In this document: positions 43,644 through 54,464 of the stretch, piece by piece
Numbering within the stretch: position 1 is the first letter of the stretch
Layout of the letters: each line of letters begins with the position of its first letter
Origin: a virus
Lineage: Duplodnaviria > Caudoviricetes
Strand: one strand, 5' to 3'
Virus record (IMG/VR): IMGVR_UViG_3300028805_000056
Span: 32,001 to 96,000 of that record
Length of the DNA: 64,000 nucleotides
Translations under genes and position numbers: made by a program
The notes under the pieces: generated by a model
What the model was told of the DNA's origin: nothing
Databases searched by the model: none
The model's input: the letters and a program-made list of their open reading frames with translations, nothing else

Positions 43644-44552
43644 ATGAAGGGAATCGTACTTGCAGGAGGAAGTGGTACAAGACTTTATCCAATTACAATG
43701 GGTGTTTCAAAACAACTTATCCCCGTTTATGACAAGCCAATGGTGTATTACCCGTTATCCGTACTTATGCTTGCGGGAATAAGAGATGTTATGATAATAT
43801 CAACACCGGATGATATAAGTGGTTTCAAACGTCTTTTCGGAGATGGAAGCGAACTTGGTATAAACCTCACCTATGGGACTCAGGATAAACCTGAAGGTAT
43901 TGCACAATCATTTCTCATTGCAGAGAAATACGGGTTTTTAAAAGAAGGGGAACCTTGTGCATTAATACTTGGAGATAACATTTTCTATAGTGCGGGATTA
44001 ACTGATGACCTTGTAGAAGCCGCAGGTTATGCCAAGAGTATAAAAGTTCCGCTTGCCACAATTTTCGGAATTCAAGTAAAAGACCCCGAAAGATATGGTA
44101 TAGTTGAAACAGCAGATGACGGTTATGGCGAATATATCGTTAGTATAGAAGAAAAACCAAAGCATCCAAAGTCAGACATTTGTGTGACAGGACTCTATTT
44201 CTATCCGAGTGACATATTAGATAAAGCGCACAATGTTGTACCTTCTGATCGCGGTGAATTGGAAATCACAAGTATCAATCAGATGTATCTCGATGAGCAT
44301 AAACTCAGTCTCAATAAATTAAAACGCGGAAGTGTGTGGCTTGACACAGGAACTTTTGACAGTCTATATGAGGCTTCGGCATTTGTCGAGACAATAGAAA
44401 AGAGGAGTGGTACAATGATATGTTGTCCTGAGGAAATCGCCTATAATAACGGTTGGATAGATTTGGAAACCTTATTGAAACGAGGTGAGGTGATGAAAAA
44501 CAATAACTACGGACAATATCTGTTGTCATTAAAAAAAAGGAACCCGAATTGA
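43644..44552 (+). CDS. rfbA: Glucose-1-phosphate thymidylyltransferase
   Basis: MKGIVLAGGSGTRLYP, SKQLIPVYDKPM, LILGDNIF, EEKP, RGELEIT, WLDTGT. Confidence 0.95.
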   Translation: MKGIVLAGGSGTRLYPITMGVSKQLIPVYDKPMVYYPLSVLMLAGIRDVMIISTPDDISGFKRLFGDGSELGINLTYGTQDKPEGIAQSFLIAEKYGFLKEGEPCALILGDNIFYSAGLTDDLVEAAGYAKSIKVPLATIFGIQVKDPERYGIVETADDGYGEYIVSIEEKPKHPKSDICVTGLYFYPSDILDKAHNVVPSDRGELEITSINQMYLDEHKLSLNKLKRGSVWLDTGTFDSLYEASAFVETIEKRSGTMICCPEEIAYNNGWIDLETLLKRGEVMKNNNYGQYLLSLKKRNPN

Positions 44553-44589
44553 GTTCCTTTTTTTTTCTTATTTTATCTGTCATCAGTCT

Positions 44590-47500
44590 CTAAGTGTAAA
44601 CTATAGTCCAAGGATAACTTAGCCATTCGGCGCTTGCTTCTAATGCACTCTGCATTCTACTTGGAAGTGTTAGTGTTGTTCCGGGCGCAACGTTACCAAA
44701 CGTAGAGTCTGTAATTACAGGAAGTGCTGTTTCAGCCGCCACTGGACTTATTGTAATTCCACTGATTACTTCTCCCCTGAAAGATAGGCCTTCAAGGGTA
44801 ACATTACTTGTATATCCACTAAATAAAATATTGTATTTATTTGTAAGAGTTGTTGAAAAGGCATTGCTTCTTACTATTGTGGCATCATCACTGTTATTTG
44901 TTGGTGAATAGAACGTTATCCCCCCATTAAATTTCACGTTAAAGAATGCAAAACTTGATATTTCTTTTCCTCTGAAGACATTACCAAATCCTGTTCCGCC
45001 CATTGTTTCCAATTCCAAGTTTGTGCAATAGGCAAAAGCCGAAACCTTTATTTTTTTAACAGATGTCGGTATGGAAATATTTAACGTCGTATTATCACAA
45101 TTATTGAAAAATGAAGCCGGTATTTCATCGGATACACCATAATCAGTACCTGAACCACCTAACCACACCATTTGTAAATTATGACAATTCTCGAACACGC
45201 CAATTCCGCTGCTGTTAGGATCAAGTTCATATTTATCGATAGTAACCTCGCTTATATTAGTATCTTTGAATACATATTTTCCGGAAATGGTAACACTAGA
45301 ACCAATGTGTACAGATCCTTCCAAACCACTTTTATAAAAAGTGTAGGAACCCAATTGTGAAAAATCACCGCTCGTTCCAAAGTCAAGCGTTTTAAGTGAA
45401 CTGCAATTCTCAAATGTGCGTTCGGTTGTGATTGCACTACACGGTATAGTAACAGACGACAATGAAGTATCAAAAAGAAATGAATCTTTAAGATTAGATG
45501 CATTATCGGGTAATGACGCTTTCACGAGTGAAGGACAAAGTGCTAGTATAGTGTTAAAATCAGTTGGAATGTTATTATGTGACTCAAACGTTATTAAGTT
45601 TTCACAACCATAAAAAGTACCCGCCATTTGTGTGCCGGCATAATATTTTATTGATGTAACATAGGGATTGTAAGTTAAAGTATAACAACTCACGGATGGT
45701 TTTAAAAACAACGTTAAATGATGATTTCCCGAGGTTGTAAAATTATATTCTTTTGTTCCTCTATTATATGTATTTCCGGACCGTATACAAGCAGCAAGGT
45801 CGCCATTTATGTCTTTATATCCGGTATCGCCTGTCGGTATATTGAAGTCTAAATCAATATGACCCATACGTCTACTATTCCACCCATAATATCCAAGATA
45901 ATACTGAGTTCTTCCATTAATGAAATTACTTGTTAAAGTTGTCCAGACAAATGTGGATAAGTCTCCGCGATAATAAAAAGTACCATTTTGTTTTACCTTA
46001 AAGAACGTGGTGTTGTTACCAATAGTACATGCACTTGTCAGACAAAAGATTTCCTCTAAAGATGTTGCGCCACTGAAAACATTATTTCCAATAGAACTCA
46101 AACTTGGCGGTAATGTTATCGAAGAAAGTGCCGAACAAGCGCGAAATGAATAATGGTCAAGTAAAGTCACACTGTTTGGAAGTTCAACATCTGTCAGACT
46201 TGTACATCCCTCAAAATAATATTGTCCGAGTGTGGTGAATGTTGAACCGCTTCCAAACTTGACACTTTTAAGTGACGTACATTGTTGGAATGTCCTAACC
46301 GGATTGGTTGTCACATTTCCAAGTACAATATTTTCCAAAGAACTGCACCCGGAAAATGCGGCATTTGCAATAGAGGTTACTTTAGATGTATCTATTTCAG
46401 TCAAACTGCTACAACGTGTAAAGCCTGAAGCCCCTATTTGTCTTACGGTTGTTGGTAACGTTATGTTTTCAAGTGAGGAACAGCCAAAAAATGCCGCTTC
46501 CTGCACTTGTGTGAATGTTCCGCCAAGTGATGCCGTTGTCAACTTTGTACATCCCGAAAATGAGCCATTACCAAGAGAAGTCAGGTTTGATGCAGTAACA
46601 CTATCTAAATTAGTGCACCCCTTAAATGCACTAACTCCAATTACCGTTGTATTGGTACTTAGTATGACCTTATATAATGCTGTCGTGCCTGAGAAAGAAC
46701 CCGCATTAACATAGCCGCTTGGATATTTTACAACATGTAAATTATCGGTCATTGTTTCTGTGAAGGTATATGAGGATGCGGCAGGATACAATGTTCCGTC
46801 CACATACATTTGTGCTGTGGTTGTTCCACCACTTGTATCTCCACTACCGGGTCCGCCACCTGATCCTGGCAGTCCTGAAATATAAGAAGCATTACACAGT
46901 TTAGTTACTGAGTTTGTTGCTGCACTATATAAGAATGTATCCCAATCTATATCGTTTTCATTAATCCAATGATAGTATCCAAGATAATATGCGGCTGTAC
47001 TTAGCATATTCCCAATACTGTTGGTATTAGGATGAGATAACACACCGTAGGACGCAATACCTTCAAATGTTTTATTTTTGATAGATGGCGCCGTTGAACC
47101 GACATAATTAATATTTTTCAATTTAGAACAACCATCAAAACAAGAAAGCGAGATTGTTGTTACTGCTGAAAATGCGGGTAACTTCAAACTTCTCAAATTG
47201 TTACATGCGTCGAAACATCCGGTATCAATTGTTATTGCCGTAGCGTTAATGTCAATATTATTAATGGAAGAACCGCTTTTGAAAGCATTAATGCCAATCG
47301 AAGTAACCTGAGATGGTAATATGACACTTCTGATATGAGAAGTGGTACCCGAAAATGCACGATCAGGAACATTTTTATACAGTGGTAAGAAGAATCTCAA
47401 TTCACTGTTATCATTAGTAAAACCTGTTGCCTCCTTATCACCCTCAACCGGTAACGGGTTTACCCCATTAATGGTAAATGCCCCAAGCCATTTTTCATTT

Positions 47501-49455
47501 GTGCCGGTGAAAGAACTGTCGGATAGGCTAAATTTAATGGTACCTTCATCTCCTTTGATCTCCGTCATCTGATTGAAATCCCATGATGCGGGGAATCTTG
47601 AACTGAAGGATGTAATTCCTGAACAAGTGTCAAACATATAGAATACGTGACCGCTTTCAGGAAGAACATATGGTGCTGTGCTTCCGCTAAATGCGTTACT
47701 TGCAATAGTTGTAGGTGGGGTTTTACCCTCAAATACTATATTAGTCAAACAATCACAATGACAGAATGAGACACCGCTAATTGTTTTTATATTCGGTCCG
47801 AATACAAGTTCCTCCATTTCTTGCAAATATCCGAAAGCATAGTATCCAACTGTCTCTACGTTATTCAAAAAGAGATACTTTACTTTTCTTGCATTACTGA
47901 AAGCCTCTTTCGCAATAGTTTTAACATTCGGTCCAAATTTAATATTTTCTAATTTATGAGTACCTTTGAACATACCCTCTCCCATTACTGGCGAGTTGTA
48001 TTCAACGGACGTTAATGACTTACAAAACAAAAATACTTCAGTTCCTGCACTAACAAGCTGTTCGGATATGATTATATCACATTCAAGTAGAGTACAGCCA
48101 GAGAATGCCTGAGTACCTAAAATTTCAACGTTAGTTGGGAATAGGTTATATTCATCAGTCCCTTCCACACCTCCGCCGAAAATCTTTAATTTTGAACACC
48201 CACAAAAGGCTTGACTATGAATTTCCTTTAGGGTTGTTATATCCTCAAACGTTACGGATGTAAGGTTTATACAGTTTTTAAATGCGTCGGTAGAAATCAC
48301 CGTACAGGATGCGGGTATTACAATACTTGTAAGTCCGGAACAGTTTTCAAATGCGTGTTCACCAATAGTTCTCAATGTATTCGGAAGAGTAATGTTGTTT
48401 AGACGATAACACCCGTTAAATGTACTATATGGAAGTTCTGTTAATGTTGAATTCTCACCAAAATTAAAAGTCTCCAAATTATGACATTCTCCGAACACGG
48501 CGTTACCAAGTTCGTTTATCGTATCACAATCAACCCTTGTAAGACTAGAACAGGCGATAAAGGCCCACGTTCCTATAGAAGTGACATCTTCACCAAGTTC
48601 TACGTATTGTAAGTTACCACAAAATCCAAAGCAACCGCCGGGCACTTCACTTTGATATAATACTCTTGATGTAATCAGTCCGCTCAATGAATTAAACGAT
48701 ATTACCGGATCAGCACCTTCTTCTACAGTACTTCCTGATGTTATAAAACGTGCTGCGGTCTTTCTACCATCATTTGGTACGCTTGTTGTAAATGTCGGAG
48801 CATACTCATATACTATAGTGTTTCCACTTGCAAACAATTGGTTTCTAACATCATCGTTAACAGTTATTAAATCAAGTGTGGTAGAAACCGATGTTGATAA
48901 ATGATAAGTGTTTAGGAACATTGGATTGGGCTTAATACCAACAACACTGAGTTTTGGACACTGGTTTTCTTGCGGCACTTGTTTAAAATTGAAATATGAT
49001 GATAGGTAATTATTCGTTGAAGAATAATATGGTGCATAATTCATCTCAAGCCTTTGTTGCAAAAGTAATGATGATTGTATTATAGATAAATCTCTAACGG
49101 TACCTATTTTTCTATTATCAGTCATATACGTAAAAGAGGCTTGTTCAAGTGTTGGTGCAGTTATGCCACTCTCTCTATCAAAACCAGGACGATACGCCGT
49201 AAGATTCGTGTTAGAACTATTTCCACTTGTTGACGACCATATTGCGACACCATCCGCATCACCAATCGCCACTAAACAAGAGTTGTTTCCTAAAAGCGTA
49301 TTTCCCGTATTAGGTACAGGATTTCCATTAATGGTTGCTCCGGCAATATTTGCCGATTCTGGTGTACCGGATATAATAAGGACACCGCCCAACGTACCCG
49401 GATTATTGTCGCCATATTCGGTATACCTTTTTAGTTTTAACTTATATAAACTCAT
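44590..49455 (-). CDS. Large BspA-type leucine-rich-repeat protein
   Basis: Many AF..C..L..I.LP..(V/L)..IG repeats over 1621 aa; TATTTAT upstream. Confidence 0.9.
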   Translation of the reverse strand: MSLYKLKLKRYTEYGDNNPGTLGGVLIISGTPESANIAGATINGNPVPNTGNTLLGNNSCLVAIGDADGVAIWSSTSGNSSNTNLTAYRPGFDRESGITAPTLEQASFTYMTDNRKIGTVRDLSIIQSSLLLQQRLEMNYAPYYSSTNNYLSSYFNFKQVPQENQCPKLSVVGIKPNPMFLNTYHLSTSVSTTLDLITVNDDVRNQLFASGNTIVYEYAPTFTTSVPNDGRKTAARFITSGSTVEEGADPVISFNSLSGLITSRVLYQSEVPGGCFGFCGNLQYVELGEDVTSIGTWAFIACSSLTRVDCDTINELGNAVFGECHNLETFNFGENSTLTELPYSTFNGCYRLNNITLPNTLRTIGEHAFENCSGLTSIVIPASCTVISTDAFKNCINLTSVTFEDITTLKEIHSQAFCGCSKLKIFGGGVEGTDEYNLFPTNVEILGTQAFSGCTLLECDIIISEQLVSAGTEVFLFCKSLTSVEYNSPVMGEGMFKGTHKLENIKFGPNVKTIAKEAFSNARKVKYLFLNNVETVGYYAFGYLQEMEELVFGPNIKTISGVSFCHCDCLTNIVFEGKTPPTTIASNAFSGSTAPYVLPESGHVFYMFDTCSGITSFSSRFPASWDFNQMTEIKGDEGTIKFSLSDSSFTGTNEKWLGAFTINGVNPLPVEGDKEATGFTNDNSELRFFLPLYKNVPDRAFSGTTSHIRSVILPSQVTSIGINAFKSGSSINNIDINATAITIDTGCFDACNNLRSLKLPAFSAVTTISLSCFDGCSKLKNINYVGSTAPSIKNKTFEGIASYGVLSHPNTNSIGNMLSTAAYYLGYYHWINENDIDWDTFLYSAATNSVTKLCNASYISGLPGSGGGPGSGDTSGGTTTAQMYVDGTLYPAASSYTFTETMTDNLHVVKYPSGYVNAGSFSGTTALYKVILSTNTTVIGVSAFKGCTNLDSVTASNLTSLGNGSFSGCTKLTTASLGGTFTQVQEAAFFGCSSLENITLPTTVRQIGASGFTRCSSLTEIDTSKVTSIANAAFSGCSSLENIVLGNVTTNPVRTFQQCTSLKSVKFGSGSTFTTLGQYYFEGCTSLTDVELPNSVTLLDHYSFRACSALSSITLPPSLSSIGNNVFSGATSLEEIFCLTSACTIGNNTTFFKVKQNGTFYYRGDLSTFVWTTLTSNFINGRTQYYLGYYGWNSRRMGHIDLDFNIPTGDTGYKDINGDLAACIRSGNTYNRGTKEYNFTTSGNHHLTLFLKPSVSCYTLTYNPYVTSIKYYAGTQMAGTFYGCENLITFESHNNIPTDFNTILALCPSLVKASLPDNASNLKDSFLFDTSLSSVTIPCSAITTERTFENCSSLKTLDFGTSGDFSQLGSYTFYKSGLEGSVHIGSSVTISGKYVFKDTNISEVTIDKYELDPNSSGIGVFENCHNLQMVWLGGSGTDYGVSDEIPASFFNNCDNTTLNISIPTSVKKIKVSAFAYCTNLELETMGGTGFGNVFRGKEISSFAFFNVKFNGGITFYSPTNNSDDATIVRSNAFSTTLTNKYNILFSGYTSNVTLEGLSFRGEVISGITISPVAAETALPVITDSTFGNVAPGTTLTLPSRMQSALEASAEWLSYPWTIVYT

Positions 49456-49563
49456 ATTATATGTTTGTTTTATCTCTTATAAATATTTTTGTTTGTATAT
49501 TTATGACGTTAAAAAATAAAAGTATTTTTGTATATTTACGTCGATCAATAATTTTGGGATGAT

Positions 49564-49785
49564 ATGTTAACGAAGGATTTTATTGACGGTTTTACACAAA
49601 TTGAGGAAATTTTAAAGACAAGCGAGACCGAAGAACAATTCGGAAAGACAAAACAATGGGCACTCACATACATTGACAATGAGAGAAGATTCCAAAGGAA
49701 AAAGTATTTCTTTTTCTTAAGGAAATATGTCGATGAAATATATGACGTGTTCTATGAAATAATTCTACATAAGAAATTTAAATAA
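49564..49785 (+). CDS. Hypothetical protein
   Basis: 73 aa. Confidence 0.55.
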   Translation: MLTKDFIDGFTQIEEILKTSETEEQFGKTKQWALTYIDNERRFQRKKYFFFLRKYVDEIYDVFYEIILHKKFK

Positions 49786-49820
49786 CATTATAAAACAAAT
49801 AAATTAATTTTTTTAAAACT

Positions 49821-50867
49821 ATGAGAAAATTCATTTTTAGTTTGGTCATCATGATGATGACCGTGATGAGTGCTAATGCACAGACAGCTCTTCAGGAGCA
49901 GAAGTTTTTTGACAACGTGTTTGTCAGTGTAGGCGGCGGTGTATCAACCCCACTTGATTTCAATTCAGTATTCCCACTGAATCCATCTGCCACAATTTCA
50001 GTAGGTAAGTGGTTCAACCCTGTTGTTGGTGCAGAAATCGAAGGTACCGCTTGGTTCGGTAGCCACGACTCCCAAGGTACAGAAAACCGTTGGGACCTGA
50101 CGACTACACACAATGCCTTCCGTGGCAGTTACGTGGGACTTAACGGACTCGTTAACTTTAACAACCTTTTCTGTGGATATAACGGAAACCGCAGATTTTT
50201 CGAGGTTAACGGCGTTGTCGGTCTCGGTTGGGAACACTTCTATCGTCCCGGAGTGAATGACAGATATTCAAATGGACTTGGTGTTAAGACAGGTCTTGAT
50301 CTCGCATTCAATCTCGGTAAGCAACGTGAACACGCAGTAAGTATCCGACCAGCAGTTCTTTGGAATTTGAGTAGCCCCGGTAATGCAGTTAATGGTTTAG
50401 CATTTAACAAGATGGGTGCACAACTCTATCTCGGTGTCGCTTACACCTATCATTTCAAGACAAGCAATGGCACGCATTCATTCAAGAAGTATGATGTGAC
50501 ACCTGTTGATCCTAAGGTAATCGAGAAGATTGTTGAGAAGAAGGTCGTTGTCAATAAGGAAGTTGTCAAGGAGGTTGTAAAGCCTGTTCAGAACACTTGG
50601 ACTGTTTACTTTGCAAAGAACAGCGATGTATTGACAGATGCAGCAAAGGCTGAACTTGACAAGATTGGTCAGAATGCTGTTGTTGAGATATATGCAACCG
50701 CTTCTCCTGAGGGAACTGACGAATACAATCTCGCACTTTCACAGAAACGTGCTGACGCTGTAAAGGCTTATCTTGAAAAGCGTGGTGTTAAGGTTGCCGG
50801 CGCTGAAGGCCGTGGTGTAATTGGTCCTGAGTCAAACCGTGTTGCGGTTGTGACAATGGCAGAGTAA
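49821..50867 (+). CDS. OmpA-family outer-membrane protein (Bacteroidales type)
   Basis: Signal peptide; beta-barrel ending GVAYTYHF; VYFAKNS, ASPEG, YNLALSQKRADAVK. Confidence 0.9.
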   Translation: MRKFIFSLVIMMMTVMSANAQTALQEQKFFDNVFVSVGGGVSTPLDFNSVFPLNPSATISVGKWFNPVVGAEIEGTAWFGSHDSQGTENRWDLTTTHNAFRGSYVGLNGLVNFNNLFCGYNGNRRFFEVNGVVGLGWEHFYRPGVNDRYSNGLGVKTGLDLAFNLGKQREHAVSIRPAVLWNLSSPGNAVNGLAFNKMGAQLYLGVAYTYHFKTSNGTHSFKKYDVTPVDPKVIEKIVEKKVVVNKEVVKEVVKPVQNTWTVYFAKNSDVLTDAAKAELDKIGQNAVVEIYATASPEGTDEYNLALSQKRADAVKAYLEKRGVKVAGAEGRGVIGPESNRVAVVTMAE

Positions 50868-50903
50868 AAAAATGGTGGTGTACATAGTAGTACACCATTA
50901 CTT

Positions 50904-50978
50904 GCAAGTGTCGCCTAGATGGTTATGGCATCTGATTTCCATTCAGAAATAACGAGGGTTCGAGTCCCTTCACTTGCT
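50904..50978 (+). tRNA. tRNA-Gly(UCC)
   Basis: GCAAGTG/CACTTGC, U73; TCTGA-TT-TCC-AT-TCAGA. Confidence 0.9.
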
Positions 50979-51008
50979 CAATTTTAAAACTTTAAAATTC
51001 AATTTTTT

Positions 51009-51224
51009 ATGAAAGCAGATTTGGAAGATTTGGAACGTGAACTTTGGTTAAGGAAGAGGGAACGTGGACAAATACTTTGGGAGACAAAGGATGGAAAAAA
51101 AATTGCGATTAAGGATATGACAGATTCCCATCTGATGAATGCAATTAACCATTGCATAAAAACAAATGAATACAATGCAATTGCCGCAGATTATGAGGCA
51201 TATATAGATGAAAGATTTGGATAA
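51009..51224 (+). CDS. Hypothetical protein
   Basis: W.TKDG..I.IKDMTDSHL.N motif. Confidence 0.7.
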   Translation: MKADLEDLERELWLRKRERGQILWETKDGKKIAIKDMTDSHLMNAINHCIKTNEYNAIAADYEAYIDERFG

Positions 51225-51226
51225 AC

Positions 51227-52213
51227 ATGAACATAATAGAACCGAAATTTGAAATTATAGAACAGTCTTTTGACGGGGATTTGTTATCTGATATGTTCAA
51301 ACACATCGAGTTATGTGGGAGAACGTGTTATAAATCAGAGGATAAGATTACGGATGACTCCATGTTCAAGTTTATTGAACATCTTGAGAAGAGTGAACAT
51401 GGTGCGATGCTTGAACATGGAACAGTTTATTTGACAATATCTGTCTTAAGTCCATTAGATGATGCTCAATATATTTTCAAGACTGACATTGTTAATTTTT
51501 TCCAACATAATGAATATTCAAAAGTTAATAAAGAAACTGTCACCTCTTGTTTAACAATTTTCTATATAACAACGAATTGGAGAGTTATATTTGAAAATAA
51601 GGACGAATTGATGTGTAAGAACATTTTTGAAAATCATCATATTCAAAAAGAAGATTTAGAAACAAGTATTCTTCAATTTATGACAGTTCCGACTGAACAC
51701 CACGAAAAAAGATACACAGTTAAGTTTACTTGTGACATCGGTGTAAGCAGGGAGTTCAACAGACACAGGAAGGATTCGATAGCGGAAGAATCCACAAGGT
51801 ACTGCAATTACACAAAGGACAAGTTTGGAGGAGAGTTGAACATTGCGAAACCAGTATGGATTAGTGAAGGTGAGTATGCAGGTATTGGATATGATATATT
51901 CAAGTATTGTTATTGGATTTCCCAACACAAAGATCAAGATGAGTTTTCAGATATTGACTATTGGTTATTTGCAAATCTTGCTGACGAATATTCATACATC
52001 AATCTGATAAGATTGGGTTGGACCCCACAACAGGCGAGAGTTGTCCTTCCGTTGGATACAAAGACAGAATTGGTTCATACTGCATTTGCAAGTGATTGGA
52101 AGCATTTCTTTAATCTAAGGGCATTGGGAACTACCGGTGCGCCACATCCATCCGCTAAGGAGTTAGCACTGCCGTTAATGGAAGAATTTATAAAAAGAGG
52201 ATATTTGAAATGA
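51227..52213 (+). CDS. thyX: Flavin-dependent thymidylate synthase
   Basis: GRTCYKS, HGAMLEH, REFNRHR..S..EESTRY, QQARVVLP, FFNLR. Confidence 0.92.
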   Translation: MNIIEPKFEIIEQSFDGDLLSDMFKHIELCGRTCYKSEDKITDDSMFKFIEHLEKSEHGAMLEHGTVYLTISVLSPLDDAQYIFKTDIVNFFQHNEYSKVNKETVTSCLTIFYITTNWRVIFENKDELMCKNIFENHHIQKEDLETSILQFMTVPTEHHEKRYTVKFTCDIGVSREFNRHRKDSIAEESTRYCNYTKDKFGGELNIAKPVWISEGEYAGIGYDIFKYCYWISQHKDQDEFSDIDYWLFANLADEYSYINLIRLGWTPQQARVVLPLDTKTELVHTAFASDWKHFFNLRALGTTGAPHPSAKELALPLMEEFIKRGYLK

Positions 52214-52225
52214 CATATTACAATT

Positions 52226-52849
52226 ATGGGATGGAGAATTAGTTTATATTGTGTACCAAAAGATGTTGCATCCAAATATAAGGATATGACACAAGAGGAA
52301 TATGATGCTGACGTTGATGGTGTTATGTTTGAAGACTTGGAAAAAGAAAAAATCAAATATGACACATTAACTGATGTTATATGCAGTGATAAAGAAGACA
52401 AATTTTCAACAAAATTTTTTGCAAACAAATTAAATATCGAAGAAGATATGTACTTTGGAACAATATCCAAGGAACAATTATTGAATATCATTGAAGATGT
52501 CAGGGTTAATCACATCATTAAATGGTTTGATGGAAGAAGGGTTGATAAAGATGATAAACTTGGCGAAACATGGATAAAGCAGAATTCATATCTAATGAAA
52601 GATGGACCATGGACAGCAGAAGATGCAAGAAAGGCCAATCAGATGGAATGGAATTTCAAGGCCAATAATTGGAAATATCAATGGGGTGGGGATAACGGGA
52701 CAACCCATTATTATAATATGAATATTGATATGGATAATAAGTGGGAAATATCTGGCGGAAATACATACGAATACCTCATATTTGATTTGATTCATATATT
52801 GAAGATATTTGATTGGGAAAATAACATATTAATGTGTATCGGGGGATAA
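52226..52849 (+). CDS. Hypothetical protein
   Basis: 207 aa, operonic. Confidence 0.7.
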   Translation: MGWRISLYCVPKDVASKYKDMTQEEYDADVDGVMFEDLEKEKIKYDTLTDVICSDKEDKFSTKFFANKLNIEEDMYFGTISKEQLLNIIEDVRVNHIIKWFDGRRVDKDDKLGETWIKQNSYLMKDGPWTAEDARKANQMEWNFKANNWKYQWGGDNGTTHYYNMNIDMDNKWEISGGNTYEYLIFDLIHILKIFDWENNILMCIGG

Positions 52850-52853
52850 TGTT

Positions 52854-53228
52854 ATGACACAAGAAGAAAAAGAACTATTACTGAGGTACCTCTGTATGGC
52901 ATTGCCTTATAGAATGGCTATAAAAGATGATTATGGAGATACAATTTTCCTAGATTACAACGATGTTCACATTCAAAATTATTTTGAGGCAATTGTGGAT
53001 GGTGTTGTCAAACCATATCTCCGTCCAATGTCAAGTATGACTGATGAAGAAGCAACGGAATATGCAAATTGTGGTAGTATTATAGCAATCTCTCATCAAA
53101 ATGATTATTTAATTCCTAATCCTAAATCTATTCAATACCTTCTTGAAAATCATTTTGATTTTATGGGTTTAATTCCAAAAGGCGTTGCTATTGAAGTAAC
53201 TGAAAGTAATAATCCTTATAAAGAATAA
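52854..53228 (+). CDS. Hypothetical, paralog family A
   Basis: LLLRYLCMALPY...KPYLRPMSSMTDEE...HFDFMGLIPKG. Confidence 0.8.
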   Translation: MTQEEKELLLRYLCMALPYRMAIKDDYGDTIFLDYNDVHIQNYFEAIVDGVVKPYLRPMSSMTDEEATEYANCGSIIAISHQNDYLIPNPKSIQYLLENHFDFMGLIPKGVAIEVTESNNPYKE

Positions 53229-53232
53229 AATT

Positions 53233-53655
53233 ATGACACAAGAAGAATTAGACAAGAAGGCATTGGAGTTGTATCCGATTAAGACATATCCGATACAGTG
53301 TAAGGATTTCAATCGGGTGGAAACCGTTGATTTGAATGAGGTGGCGAGAAAGGCGTACATGTCAGGATATGAAGACTGTATGATGGAATTGTTGGAAACC
53401 ACAAAGAAAACAGGGAAGGATTATTTTGAAAGTGGTAGGAATATTGGAAAGATGGAGATTTTAAAGAACCTACCGAAATGGAGAACCGCATCAGATGACA
53501 TCTTTTGTGACACGTTGGACTATATCGTCAAATACAAACATGATGGTGGGGACCATGATGATTGGGAATCACCGATTGTTACCAATAGGGTTTTGAAAGG
53601 TGAGGAATATCTTGAGATATGCGACCTCGTTAATTTAGGAAAGGAGGGAATATAA
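53233..53655 (+). CDS. Hypothetical protein
   Basis: 140 aa, operonic. Confidence 0.7.
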   Translation: MTQEELDKKALELYPIKTYPIQCKDFNRVETVDLNEVARKAYMSGYEDCMMELLETTKKTGKDYFESGRNIGKMEILKNLPKWRTASDDIFCDTLDYIVKYKHDGGDHDDWESPIVTNRVLKGEEYLEICDLVNLGKEGI

Positions 53656-53853
53656 ATGTCAGTACTTGATAATATGGATAAAAAGAGGGTTTTATTTGAA
53701 GAGGATTTTGAAACGTGGGATGAATATAGGGAATACGTGGAGAAAGAATTAAAGGACGATGTTCTCGATTTTATGTCTATATATAGGATTGGAATAGGTT
53801 CATCATTTTTCGCCACTATTTTGCGAAAGGTCGCAGATTACGTGGATGATTGA
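53656..53853 (+). CDS. Hypothetical protein
   Basis: 65 aa, abuts the previous gene. Confidence 0.6.
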   Translation: MSVLDNMDKKRVLFEEDFETWDEYREYVEKELKDDVLDFMSIYRIGIGSSFFATILRKVADYVDD

Positions 53854-54121
53854 ATTTTTTTAGGTGTTGGAAGGTATTTATAGAGGACGCCAAAATAATA
53901 AAAGATAAAAACATTAAAACTATGAAAACTTTTCTTTTAATTATTCTAATTGGGGTGTTTCTCTTTAGAATCTACACGTGCAAACATTCAAGAGATTGTG
54001 CTAAGAAAATGTGCAATTTCTTTAAGGAAAAAATGAAAAAGATGACGGAAGAATAAGAGAGAAAGTTTAGTGCCACACATTGTGTGGCATTTTTTTATTA
54101 ACATTTTTTAACATCAAAAAT

Positions 54122-54152
54122 TTTGTGGTTTCAAAAAATTGTTGTACCTTTG
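54122..54152 (+). promoter_or_regulatory. Bacteroidota sigma70-type promoter
   Basis: TTTG-N19-TACCTTTG. Confidence 0.8.
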
Positions 54153-54184
54153 CAGCGCAAATAAGAAATAAAAACTTTAAAATT

Positions 54185-54418
54185 ATGACCAACGAAGAAT
54201 TAGACAAGTGGTTTGACAACCTGAGTTATGAAGACAAATGTGTGGCTATTTTCTGTTTAGCAGATGACACGTATTCAGTAAAAAAACTGAAGAAAATGTA
54301 TAGTACACCTGAGGACATGTTAGAAGACACGTATGGAAGACGTACATTTGAGCCAAATCATTGGTATGACAGCGATTTAGAAGATAAACAATATGTTTAT
54401 GATTTCTTTAAGAAGTAA
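54185..54418 (+). CDS. Hypothetical protein
   Basis: Start taken at MTNEEL after the promoter; hairpin terminator at 54425-54453. Confidence 0.65.
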   Translation: MTNEELDKWFDNLSYEDKCVAIFCLADDTYSVKKLKKMYSTPEDMLEDTYGRRTFEPNHWYDSDLEDKQYVYDFFKK

Positions 54419-54464
54419 AAAAATAAACCCGAGTAGAAAATCACTCGGGTTTATTAAATATTCT

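Noticed and set aside
11174-50978. Theta (HDV-like) ribozymes at tRNA 3' ends
   Set aside because: Trailers are mostly short and A-rich, and I could not build the nested double pseudoknot by eye; a motif search would be needed to exclude them
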